Source of the DNA: Plasmodiophora brassicae
Taxonomy: Eukaryota
Length of the DNA: 64,000 bases
Direction: 5' to 3'
NCBI GenBank assembly: GCA_036867785.1
Contig: CP145418.1
Location: 1,178,001 to 1,242,000 of the forward strand
The notes under the pieces were generated by a model that saw only the letters and a program-made list of their open reading frames with translations, was not told where the DNA came from and ran no database searches. The position numbers and the translations under genes are program-made. Positions 38,346-48,968 of the stretch are shown in pieces (position 1 is the first letter of the stretch; every line of letters starts with the position of its first letter).

Positions 38346-39107
38346 TCAGTACGTCCGGCGCCTCAGCATAGGCGATGCGATCGTCTCTGATGGTGATGTT
38401 GTCACGCTCGGTGACGAGGCACGACGACGACGACGATGATGTTGCCAGAAGCCGAGAAGTTTGGCGGCCCATGGGGGCTGGCGCGACGGCAGCAGCAGGC
38501 GCATGGCCTCCCGGTTCCGGGCTTGCGTCGCCATGTCCCCCGGGCGGTTCCCGTCGACGTCCCGGACGCGACGGTCAGCGCCCGACTCCAGCAACGCCTT
38601 CATGGCGTCATACGACCCGGCGAACGTGGCGTCGTGCAGGGGCGTGTGACCGAATACGGTGACGGCGTTGACGTTGGCGCCGTTGCCAATCAGATGTTCA
38701 ACGACGTCCACGTGATTCCTCGCCGATGCGACGTGCAGGGCGGTGCGACCCTGGTCGTCCCGGGCGTTAACGCGGCAGACGCCGACCTTGACGAGATCGT
38801 CGATCAGGTGCGCGTGGCCCTCCCGGGCAGCGATGTGCAACAGGGGATCCTCTGCGGAATCCACCACGTTCATCGGCAGACCGCCTGCCAGATCCGACGA
38901 CAGCAGCAGGCGGATCAGTTCGTCCCGGTGGCCCGCCCGGCAGGCCGCGACCAGATTGACGCACCGTCGCTGACCGGCGCCGACGTCGACCGCCTCGCCA
39001 GGCCCTACAACGGTCCGCAGGCTCAACGGCAACGACTGACTGCCGCCACACACCATGGTCGGCATCACGAGGCCGACCGCGATCAGCGCGCCCATCAGCA
39101 CCACCAT
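38346..39107 (-). CDS. Secreted ankyrin-repeat protein (candidate effector)
   Basis: Hydrophobic N-terminus MVVLMGALIAVGLVMPTMVCG; ankyrin repeats PLLHIAAREGH, GRTALHVASARNH, GHTPLHDATFAGS; Arg-rich tail. Alternative start at 39149. Confidence 0.85.
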   Translation of the reverse strand: MVVLMGALIAVGLVMPTMVCGGSQSLPLSLRTVVGPGEAVDVGAGQRRCVNLVAACRAGHRDELIRLLLSSDLAGGLPMNVVDSAEDPLLHIAAREGHAHLIDDLVKVGVCRVNARDDQGRTALHVASARNHVDVVEHLIGNGANVNAVTVFGHTPLHDATFAGSYDAMKALLESGADRRVRDVDGNRPGDMATQARNREAMRLLLPSRQPPWAAKLLGFWQHHRRRRRASSPSVTTSPSETIASPMLRRRTY

Positions 39108-39232
39108 GCCTGCTATACCAGCGGCCCACGGCCACGTCGGGTCGGACATGGGGACGCAACAGGCCGACCCGACGCAACGGCCATTTCGTGTCGGCTCGTG
39201 ACGAACCCAATGCATCGGGCAGTCTTCGTTCA

Positions 39233-40021
39233 TCATCGGTCGTACTGGTCGCGCAGGGCGCTGGCCCGCCAGCCCGTTTCGAACTTGAACTCGAGGCTGG
39301 GCACGAACTTGAGCGGGCAGCCTCTGGCGACGGCGTGGCGCAGGGCGCCCTGGATACGATCGAGGCGGTGCTGGACGCGGCCCCGGTCGCGATCGTCGGC
39401 CGTCCAATACACGTGCGCGATACGAAGGTCATTCGTCATCGACACGCCGATCACGTCGAGGTGCTCGCCGAGGACGGCGTCGTCGACGACGACCTCGTCC
39501 AGCGTGTTCATGATCGCCTGCGAGACCCGGCACAGGCGGCGTTGACTTTGTGGCGTCTTCTCGAACAACGACGACGACGAGTGCGAGGACGCGCCCAGCT
39601 TGTCGCGGGGGACGATGACGCGCCCGTCGGGCATCTGGACGGCGTTCCGCTCCATGTACCGGTGCGTCTTGTTCTGGTACCGGGCGCGTTGGCGCAGGCC
39701 CTGATCCCGCTCGTCGTCGTCGAATAGGCGATCGAAGCGGCGGCGCTCGCAACGGGTTACTCGCTCGCCGTCCTGCACCGCCTGCTTATGGGCTTCGGCA
39801 TCGGCGGTCGTCGCCTTGTCCAGCTCTGAAATCATCTTCTTGAACTCGTCGACGTTCGGCGGTGCGTCGCGTTCCGGACGGTCGCGCGGCGTCGGTGCCC
39901 GTATCTGCGACAGCATCTCCTTCAGCTCGTCCATGCCGGGCAGCGCGCCGCCATGGTCGGCATTGCCCGACGGTGACCGCAGCACGCCCATCCAGCGGCG
40001 ACAGACCCGCCGTATCGCCAT
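39233..40021 (-). CDS. RBFA: Ribosome-binding factor A, probably mitochondrial
   Basis: C-terminal VIGVSMTNDLRIAHVYWT...LRHAVARGCPLKFVPSLEFKFE; Arg-rich presequence-like N-terminus. Confidence 0.75.
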   Translation of the reverse strand: MAIRRVCRRWMGVLRSPSGNADHGGALPGMDELKEMLSQIRAPTPRDRPERDAPPNVDEFKKMISELDKATTADAEAHKQAVQDGERVTRCERRRFDRLFDDDERDQGLRQRARYQNKTHRYMERNAVQMPDGRVIVPRDKLGASSHSSSSLFEKTPQSQRRLCRVSQAIMNTLDEVVVDDAVLGEHLDVIGVSMTNDLRIAHVYWTADDRDRGRVQHRLDRIQGALRHAVARGCPLKFVPSLEFKFETGWRASALRDQYDR

Positions 40022-41283
40022 CGCGACACGCCGACCACGATGGACACTCCGTGGCTCTGCCCACTGCGATGTGTAGCTCCCAAGTGGCGCGACACGTCAT
40101 GCGTGGGCGCCCCCCGTGTCGTCTGCGCAACCTCCTCTGAGTGCATTCAGTCGGGTACAGATTCTCTATCATTATCTTTAAATGTGCGGATATACATCTG
40201 GATATGGATCACTGGTGGAGATGCTCTTAGGCACAGTATCGTCCAGTACTTCGCCTATCATTACTCGAACAGTGTGGTGTCAACGATTCGCGTCGCACTG
40301 TCCCAGGCCTGACACGCGAAAGCGCTGGACGAAACGGTATTATGATTGGAGCAGTGTGCACTTGGTGCTGTTTGCGAGCAACGACACCTTCGAGTAAGTC
40401 CTACATGCTCGGTTGTTGCCGGCACACTACTCCTTGGTACATTGTTCGTGCTGGAACATCACGTGCAGAGAAACAGTTCATGCGTTGGGTCATCCTGTTC
40501 GTGCTGGAACAACTGGGACTACGTTCGTACTGGAACCACAACTCGACAATCGATGCGAACGATCCCCCCTTTCCAGGCGTATACGATGCCGTCGAACGTG
40601 AACTCGTACTTTGTGGCGAACAATCGCTTGGAGACGACGGGCGTCTGACTCGACGGGTAATGGGTGTATCGGATCTTGCCGTTTGGACCGGTCGCCTTCA
40701 TGTCCATGATGCGAGTGGAGTTGTCCACTGACGTGAACATTATCACGTTCCAGGACCAGACAGCCGTACGTTGGGAATTCAATGAAGCACAAGGGCGTTG
40801 GCTTGTCCTCGTACGTGAATGTGCAAGTTGATCGGGCCGTCCGCGCCCACTGGTACCATCACTGGCGCCGTCGACGCCACAACCTGCGATTCGCGTAGCG
40901 CGCGCGAGTGTATACGCGTCCATATACGAAGTTGCTGCCGGGTTGCACATCGACGTCGGCGTGACATGCGCTCGACGTGCACCGCTGCGCTTGCAATGAC
41001 GCTACGGTAGTCTCGACAGCGACGAACGGCTTCATCTGAGGGCGGCCCTTAAATGCGGCACAAGCTCGCTGCTGCGGATCGCTGCTGGCAGAGCAGCGCT
41101 GCGCTGCAAGGCTGCGGCCCGCTGACCTTGCAGACCCGGACCAAAAAGTCCGACCTGCCTTGACACTGACACGTCACACAAAACTCCGACCTGCGGATCG
41201 CGCTGATCTGACGCGGTGTCCGGCGAATCATCGTTGCCGTTTCCGTCATTCGTTGGTGGCCGGCCGATTGCTGCAATCGTGGA

Positions 41284-41682
41284 ATGGCGGTGATGCGGGC
41301 GCTCCTGTCGTTGGCGGCGATCGTCATCCTGTGCCTTTGCGTGGTATCCGCCGGGGCGGAACTTCAACGGGATCGCAGCAACTCTCACGATCCGGATGAC
41401 ATGCCGATCAGGCCGCCGGTGTTGCGCCGACAGAACGCGTTCATCGGCGAGCTGCCAAGGCAATGGAGCGATGTCGATGGGAACCCTGCGGGCCGCCCGG
41501 CGTATGCCCGCGGTTGGGTACCGCAGCTGCGCCGACAGAACGCGTTCATCGGCGTGAGACCCGCAGACCGACGCTATTCGCGACAACCCCGTTTGGACGA
41601 TCCGATCGAGGAGGGCTCTGAGTTGCCGGTCACCGATACTGAAGAGGCCAGCAGCCCCAGCCAGACACAACCCATAAACTAG
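41284..41682 (+). CDS. Small secreted disordered protein with two PxLRRQNAFIG motifs (candidate effector)
   Basis: Clear signal peptide MAVMRALLSLAAIVILCLCVVSAG; single exon of 132 aa; repeated motif at 41422-41448 and 41527-41553. Confidence 0.8.
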   Translation: MAVMRALLSLAAIVILCLCVVSAGAELQRDRSNSHDPDDMPIRPPVLRRQNAFIGELPRQWSDVDGNPAGRPAYARGWVPQLRRQNAFIGVRPADRRYSRQPRLDDPIEEGSELPVTDTEEASSPSQTQPIN

Positions 41683-41860
41683 CAGGCGGCAACCGCACCC
41701 GGTACCGTTCGACCGGCGCTCGTTATTCGGTTACGACGGCGAAGAGGCCGACTCGGGTAGCGTTGAACAGGAAGCGCTGGCCAGGAGCCGCCGAGGGCAA
41801 CCGGTGGCGTAATAGTCCACCAAGGTCGCGGCAGGCGGTGTGACGTCAGAGTCGCTGGCG

Positions 41861-42450
41861 ATGAACCGGTACCGCGCTGAACCCTTGTCGACGACCGGGC
41901 GCTGCGGCACGAAGCAGGCCGTCCCGATCGCGTCGTCCACTGCCGACCATCGCCAACGTCGCATACTCGGTGACATCTCGCCCGCCCCATCCTGGAGCAA
42001 CTTCGCCGGTCTACGTGCTGAGGTGCGTCTGGCAAACGCCGCCGTTGGCCGCATCGCATCTGACGTTCGACGACCGACGTAGATGAAACGCGTCAGGGAG
42101 AAGATCATCGACATCAAGGCGCACCTGGACACGCTGGAGACGATGGCGGTCCGCCTGAGCCAGCGCGTAGACGAATGCGATGTCGTCGCCGATGGTGCTG
42201 AGCAGTCCTCAAGCAGTACGGCGACAAAGCGCAGGAACCGCTTGTTGTTCACGGATGAGATCGACCCGTGCATCGTCGAGAGCCCGCCGTTGCAAGCCGC
42301 GTCAGGACAGGGACCCGTACCACGACGCTGACCAGCAACGACGAGATCCACATCGATGAGCTACTATTTAAAATACAAGACAGCAGTGTATTCGCGTTCA
42401 ACACCGTTCCCTGTTCGGACGAGGTCAACCCGTTCGTCGTAGACAGGTAG
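41861..42450 (+). CDS. Hypothetical protein with a coiled-coil-like segment (2 predicted introns)
   Basis: ORF pieces join across GTGCGT..TAG and GTGCAT..CAG introns; no recognised family. Confidence 0.45.
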
Positions 42451-42494
42451 GGCAGGGGGAGCCCGTGGCGCGACGTTGGACGAATTCGTACGTC

Positions 42495-43793
42495 TCATCG
42501 GCCAGCGCCGGCGAACGATTCCTGGAATCGCATCCACGTGTATCTCGAATCGTACTGCATGTCGTACCTGCAATGAAGACTGGAATTATTATTCCGACCC
42601 ATTGGACCACGTCGTGGTAGTAGTGGCGAACGAACCAGAAGTTAACGGCAATGCATCTGCCTTCTGCATCAGGAGTCTGGCCGACACGATGGTACCACAG
42701 CGATGGCAGGTACAGGACATCGCCGGCTTCGACAGCAACCTAACCCGGTCCTGACTCAGTGGACGCCGGTTACCTAACGTCAGGCGAGACATTCGACCTC
42801 AATCGGCGATGCGTGCTCGTATAGCGGGAACTCGTCCAGCGACACGTCTGGCGGATCCACCGACACCCAGACGACGTTCTCCCCACAGTCCTCGATTCGA
42901 AATTCCCCTGTCCAGCAACTGTCGGTTGCACATTGCACAGCACGCCCAGGGAGGCCGACCTGACGAATCTCGAGCATATTGGCCCCTGGCATATTGCCTT
43001 TGATACAGGAACGGCAGGTCGGTGGGAGGGAACAGGGTCACGTGTTTGACGCCAGCAACCACACAGAGAAGGTTCTCGTATGCATCCGAGTGAACGGCAC
43101 TGTAGGCGCGGCTGTCTCCGATCCAGACGTTTGCAGCGTCCAGATGTGTAAACAGGTCTCTGCCGATGCCCAACTCTGGCACATCGTCGCACAGCCGCCC
43201 AAATTCCTCGTGCAGGCTGTCGCACTGCTTCTGTGCCACAGCACGGTCAACCCTAATCCCGTTGGATGAACATCTGTTGCCATACCTGAATATATGGGAT
43301 GGCATTCGAGCCAGGATCCGTCAGCACGTGAAAGAACCGTTCCAGTGACATCTGCTCCTCGTATGGCGATACGTAGCGTCCGTCGACCAGACAATCACCA
43401 CGACCGTCAGGTGTCAACGCGACAGAAACAGGCGACGTCGCCATGCGTTCGACGAGGAAGGCATTCGTCCACTTCCGAATCGCTGGCCAGTGACGGCACC
43501 CGCCTGATGGAAGCATTAGCAGAAGTCAAACGTATGCAAACACGACATGGTGGTCACCCCGGATCAGTGCAGGAGTATTAGGGCCGACATACCGGCGGTG
43601 GAACTCGAGCGGCGTCACCTCGAACGCGTCAACGGCGGGGACTCGCCGAGGCACCCACAAATCTGAACGTCCCGTCAGCGCAGTGAGCGATCGCCGCCCG
43701 CGTACACACACCTCGAGCCTCTTGCGCCATTGCAACCCAGGCCGCTGCCAGCTGGCTGGTGACGCGTGCCGATACCTTGGCCAGCGTCGGCAT
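42495..43793 (-). CDS. JMJD7: JmjC-domain (cupin_8) hydroxylase, JMJD7-like (multi-exon)
   Basis: TPLEFHRRYVGPNTPALIR, HWPAIRKW, VSVALTPDGRGD, DAANVWIGD..AVHSDAYENL, GDVLYLPSLWYHRV, IAVNFW|YDMQY. Confidence 0.85.
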
Positions 43794-43993
43794 TGCACGT
43801 CGCCAGCGCTAGAACGGGATGTGCGCGAGCCAAGTGTGGCGTCGTGCCTGGAGACCTGTGAGCGTGCCCCAACTGCGATCGCGTCGTGAGACACGCTGGT
43901 GGACCTTGTCGTGGGTGGCACACACACGCGTATCGTGTCGGATAGCAACGGCGAAATAGGTTATCAGTGTAGATAGCGATGGTGCTGCCCCTG

Positions 43994-45111
43994 TTAATGC
44001 AACCGCTGCTGCATCAACCGGACGCGTTTCAGCTCGGAACGGAACCGAGAGACGGTGCGCCGGGCCCAGGCCTCCAGGTTCCTGCCAAAGACGGGCCACA
44101 GCTTGGACGGCGGCGTGCCCGTCGACGCGAACGTCGTCCAGTCGGTGGACTTCACCTCGAGCCACAGGCTCTCGAATTCGACCAGGCGCTGAACGGCCTC
44201 GGACGTGATCCGGTCGATGCTGGTGCGGAACTCGTTCTGGGTCGCCGGGTCCAGGCTGGGCGCCGCCTCCATCGTCAGTATCAAACCTTGAAGCTGGGGC
44301 AGGAATTGCATCAGGTGATCCGACGCCGACGAAAGCCGATCATACAGACTGCCGGAAGACAGCTGACGATCAGACCACGAAGCAACGCGAACCAGTTCGG
44401 GCAACCGACGTACATGATGATCCGAGTACGGGTCGGGTCCAGCCGCAGGCGCTTCTCGAATTGCCACGCGTTGATCATGCGAGCACAATCGCTACAGAAC
44501 AGATGGTTCTGGATGGACGCTACACGATCACGTTCTCAGTGCCAGCGAGGCGGAAGCACACGACATGCACTACAGGGCAGATCGCAGACGGCCGCGACGT
44601 CGCCTATCGGGAACGACACGCACGACTGGCATTTGTCTTGGCCACATCTGCCAACGTCGACGTGAATCAACAACGTGGACGATCAAGGGCGTCATGACGT
44701 ATTACGCAGGGCATAACTTGGGGGCACCGTCGCCGCGTGCACTGGTGTACGCCCGGCCGCAGGTCGTGCACGAACGGCCCATGGCGGCCGGCGCTCGCAT
44801 CGACGCCTCGGTCATGCTGTTGAACGCACGAACGAACGGGTCGTGCGCAGGCGACGACACCGGGGACATCTACAGCAGCGTCGAGTCACTGGAAGACACC
44901 TGATGGAGGCGCGCGACCCCACAATGAGCTGTTTCAGCAGTTGCAGCCGTTGGCTGCTGTCGAACGTGTCCTGGCGGTACCGTTGCCGTCGGGCCTCCAG
45001 GAACGCGCTGGTCAGGTCGGTGCACGTCGCGCGTCGACAGGCAACGCCGGCGTCGTCAGCGGGCGCCGGCGTCGGCGTCGACGACCCAACGACGCCGACG
45101 GTATTGCCCAT
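43994..45111 (-). CDS. Hypothetical multi-exon protein, possibly a divergent rabenosyn-5/Vac1-like protein with a degenerate FYVE-like finger
   Basis: MGNT start; DLTSAFLEARRQR block; inferred exons with CTTC..CPxC..CQSC; then LYDRL..FLPQL helix. Exon structure is uncertain. Confidence 0.4.
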
Positions 45112-45252
45112 GGCGGCGGCGCCCACGACCAATTATTGTCCGTAAGGTGGTCAGGGTGCCAACGTAACGAACGGGACGGCCGACGCCGATCCCTCGACGG
45201 CGCTCTACGCGCGCTCCGCCTTCCTTCTTTGCCTCTGACAACCGTCGTAGAA

Positions 45253-45421
45253 ATTTGGGATCACGCGCCGTCGACTGTAAGGACGGCCGCCTTTCAAGTT
45301 TTCTTCGAGGGCCCCACATCATAACGAGACTGGACGGGCTTGTGTGTCCCACAACTGGAAATTTGGGCCGTCCTTACAGTCGCCGGCGCGTGATCTCAAA
45401 TCTCCAGTTGTGGGACACACA
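45253..45421. repeat. Interleaved inverted repeats A-B-A'-B'
   Basis: A 45253-45288 pairs with A' 45366-45401; B 45341-45365 pairs with B' 45397-45421. Confidence 0.9.
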
Positions 45422-46418
45422 TTCCCGCCCTGTGGTGGCTTCATTTCGAAAGTCGACGTCCGTTGCCGTAAACGTTGTGTCTTCGTGCCTGGTGGAAGTC
45501 TGGGTAAGAGACAATCTTCGCGTGCACACTGCACAGCGTTTCCTATCCAGAGTTAGAATACCTGGACAGCGTACCTCGGATAGGAGTACGCGACCCTGAG
45601 CCGCAAAGGCATTGGATCATATCATGGGCAGGCGAACAAATTCGAGAGAATCCGACGGGTGTCAGACTCAGGGAAACCGATGGCGTCAATCACCTGGGAG
45701 AAATGTGGTACCGATAGTCGTCCGACAGGAACGAGGCGCGGGCAAATCCGAATCCTGACAGGGGAACGAGAGCTGGACACCAGGGGTACCAAAGTACGCA
45801 GGACCCGCTGTACTTGAGCGAGTCAAGCGGGGCAGTCGCTGCATGACTTGGCCCGAACGATCCCTTCGCAATAGCACGACAGGTCTCTCGCACCAGACCC
45901 AGGCCGCCAGGGCAGCAGTGATGGAAGGCACAAACATGAAAGAATTTGCCGGCCTTGGCAACGCCTGCCTGAGTACATACGCTTCTGCGTCAGATATATC
46001 CAACGGAGACAGGCATGGCACTTCTCACCCCGTACGACACCAATAACCCCTGCTTCGCACAGATACGATGGTGACCATGGAGACATCGAGATGGAAACGA
46101 TGCCGGCCAAGCGATCAGCAGGACGAACCAGATAGAGCAACACCGTCGTCGACGTTCGCGAACTGGGCGTTGCCATGGGGAACGAACACCTTGTGCCACC
46201 ATTTCGTGGTCAAGATCGCACCTCCGGCGAATGCGCCTTCCTCATATCGACGCTTCGTACGTTCATGCCATGCACGTAGGGTAAGCTCGAACGCAACCTG
46301 ATTCCGTGGTGGCGGGCCTCCGCCCTCCGGGCAACCTGTGAACGCAGGTTCCTCCGAATCGCCGTGACGATCATCTCTTTGCACTGACCGATTGTAATCA
46401 GAGCCGTGACATCGACTC

Positions 46419-46503
46419 GCGTTCGTGGCCGAGTTGGTCCAAGGCGCTAGATTCAGGTTCTAGTCTTCTTCGGGGGGCGCAGGTTCGAATCCTGCCGAAC
46501 GCA
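46419..46503 (+). tRNA. tRNA-Leu (anticodon CAG), identical to the copy at 25984-26068
   Basis: Same 85-nt cloverleaf, followed directly by a TTTT Pol III terminator. Confidence 0.95.
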
Positions 46504-46912
46504 TTTTGCCGATGGATGGCTGGAAAGCCCATTTTTTGTTTCGATTGCGGGGCCGGTTGGGCCGATCCCCTGATCCAGTTCTGATACGTAAATCGACCCG
46601 GCACGGGATGGCGCGCGGGATATCTACGGGATACCCAGTAAATTCGGTTTATCCTGGCACTGGATGCTGTGACCAGCCCGTCGTTATGTGTAACAGCGGT
46701 GCCTGAGCACAGCTGTATGGGCAGCGCGACCTTGTGGTTCCCAACGACGATTTTTCTGGGTGTCGGGATGGGTTCCATTGTAACGCGACGGGGACACTGC
46801 CACAGTGGCTGGGGCCATCGTCCAGACGGGGACCGGGCTGGGACAGGCTGAGGGGGGGGGGGGGGGGGAGGCTCTCAACAAAGCATTCGATGGTATACTA
46901 ACGAGAGGTTGT

Positions 46913-47289
46913 TGTGTCCATCAGCAACAATGAATGGAAAGCGTGCTGCCCCAGAACCATCGCCGATGATTTCATGGGCTGAGGACGGCAAGATGGTCCT
47001 GAATCCCAACGCGCGGTTGCCACCATCGCGGTCCAAACATCCGACCCGCCCAATCCTGCAGGCGGCCAGCGCGTTCGCCGCCGACTTCCTGTCGGGAGGG
47101 CACCACGCGACCCGGGCCCCGTCGCCATACATCCGACGCCTGTCGTCGTGGACCTCGGCTGTATTGTGGGCCGCGATGGTGGCAACGGCGCGTTGGGATT
47201 CAGGACCATCTTGCCGTCCTCAGCCCATGAAATCATCGGCAATGGTTCTGGGGCAGCACGCGTTCCATTCATCGTTGCTGATGGACACA
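46913..47289. repeat. Long inverted repeat: ~123-bp arms, ~131-bp spacer, ~5 mismatches
   Basis: 46913-47035 is the reverse complement of 47167-47289; both strands encode PMISWAEDGKMVLNPNA. Confidence 0.95.
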
Positions 47290-47773
47290 TCCGTGCCGTT
47301 CCGTCCCGTGCCATATCCCGTACGTTCTTATAATGAGCCAGAGTACCTACCGCTCTCAAGGGTTTACCGCAGCTGCGAGTTATGATATACCTACAGGTCA
47401 TCAACATGGCAAAGGCATGACGCCAGCACCTTCAACAACCTGTCGAGTTCGAAGGACACCGCCGATGCTGCAGTGCTGACGAGTCAGATGTTGCTGCTGG
47501 CCTGAGCGCCTTCTTCGAGATTTACGTACAGGGTTGCAAGCTCCACCTCCTTGTGCAGCGAGGAACTGTGGTTCATCATGGCCATCACGCATATGCGGCA
47601 GGTCGACGTTCGGCGTGGCCCCTAGAGCCTACATACACAACCCAGTTTGTGAAGGCTTGTTGTCGTTCTGACGTCTCCGTACCTCTAACAGGTGGGCACA
47701 ACCGTTCTGCAATATAGGCAGCAATCTGGATGACTATTAACATCTCTGCTGGACCGGTTTACTCATACATATT

Positions 47774-48968
47774 CTATGTTCGCCATATGACATCAACTTC
47801 ATCTGCCACAGGGATTAGGCGGGGGATCCTGTGATGGAGGACGCGCGAGTACCTGTTCGAAAGCGCTGCGTCGTCGTCGTCTCGTCCAACGGCGTGCTCA
47901 ACCCGGCTCGGTACATCAGGCAACCGGCATGCGCAATCATGGCGCCGTTATCGATGGCGTACCTGTTCGCAGACGCCGCACTCAGGACAACGCTGCTAGT
48001 ACGACACATGTGCTGCATGCAATACACGCCCACCTGTCATCAATGGTGCAGACCGTAGCACCCCGTTGCTTGCACATATCGCCCATCATCTGCTGCAGCC
48101 GCTGGTTGCACCCAACGCCGCCGACGATCAGGACGCTGTCGTGCCCGCAATGCGCCATTGCCCGTTCGGTAACTTCGACCAGCATCGCGAAGATCGTCTC
48201 CTGCAGCGAGTAGCACAAATCGGCTTTCGTGCACTCGCCAGCCTTCAGCATCGTCTTCGCCGTGCCCTACACAGCGAACGGTCGTAAGCCGCCAGAATGC
48301 CGATCCAGTAAACTCTGCAGGACGCAGACCTGAATAAACGTGAGCAGGCCGGCGAAGCTGACGTCCATGCCCTTCACAATGTAGGGCAATTCAATGAGTT
48401 TGGCGCCGCCTTGGCGCGCCAGCAACTCGATATTGTACCCGGGCGAAGGATCATTCGAGAGGCCAATTTCGCGCGCGAATCGATCCAAGCAATTGCCGAC
48501 GGCGATGTCGATGGTTTCGCCAAAGATCCGGTACCGTCCAGCCGAGTACGATATGATCTGGGTGTTCCCGCCTGACACATAGAGCACGGCCGGGTTATCG
48601 GCACCAGTTACACATCGCCCCATCTCGATGTGCCCAATGCAGTGGTTCACCGCAATGATCGGCTTCTTCCAGATCTGGGACAAAACGCGTACGACAACCG
48701 CAACGGCCTGCAAGGGCGCTCCCATGCCTGGGCCTTTTGTGTACGCTAACAGGTCAATCTGGTCGGGCCGCAGGCCGGCCTGTTCCAGCGCCTGCTTCAC
48801 CAGTGGTATCGCCCATTGCTGATGGTGTTGAGCGGTCTCCCGAGGCAGGAACCCTGTACCGGGCGGCGTTATGAACGTGTGACGCACGTTGGCATAGATC
48901 TTGCCGTGTTCGTCTACAATGCCGACACCGAGCTTGTTTGCCGACCCTTCCAGGCCGATGACATACAT
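47774..48968 (-). CDS. KAE1: tRNA N6-threonylcarbamoyltransferase, KEOPS subunit (multi-exon)
   Basis: [93 protein letters not shown]. Confidence 0.95.

Noticed and set aside
45600-46400. Short ORFs next to the second tRNA
   Set aside because: No recognisable motifs or convincing gene structure
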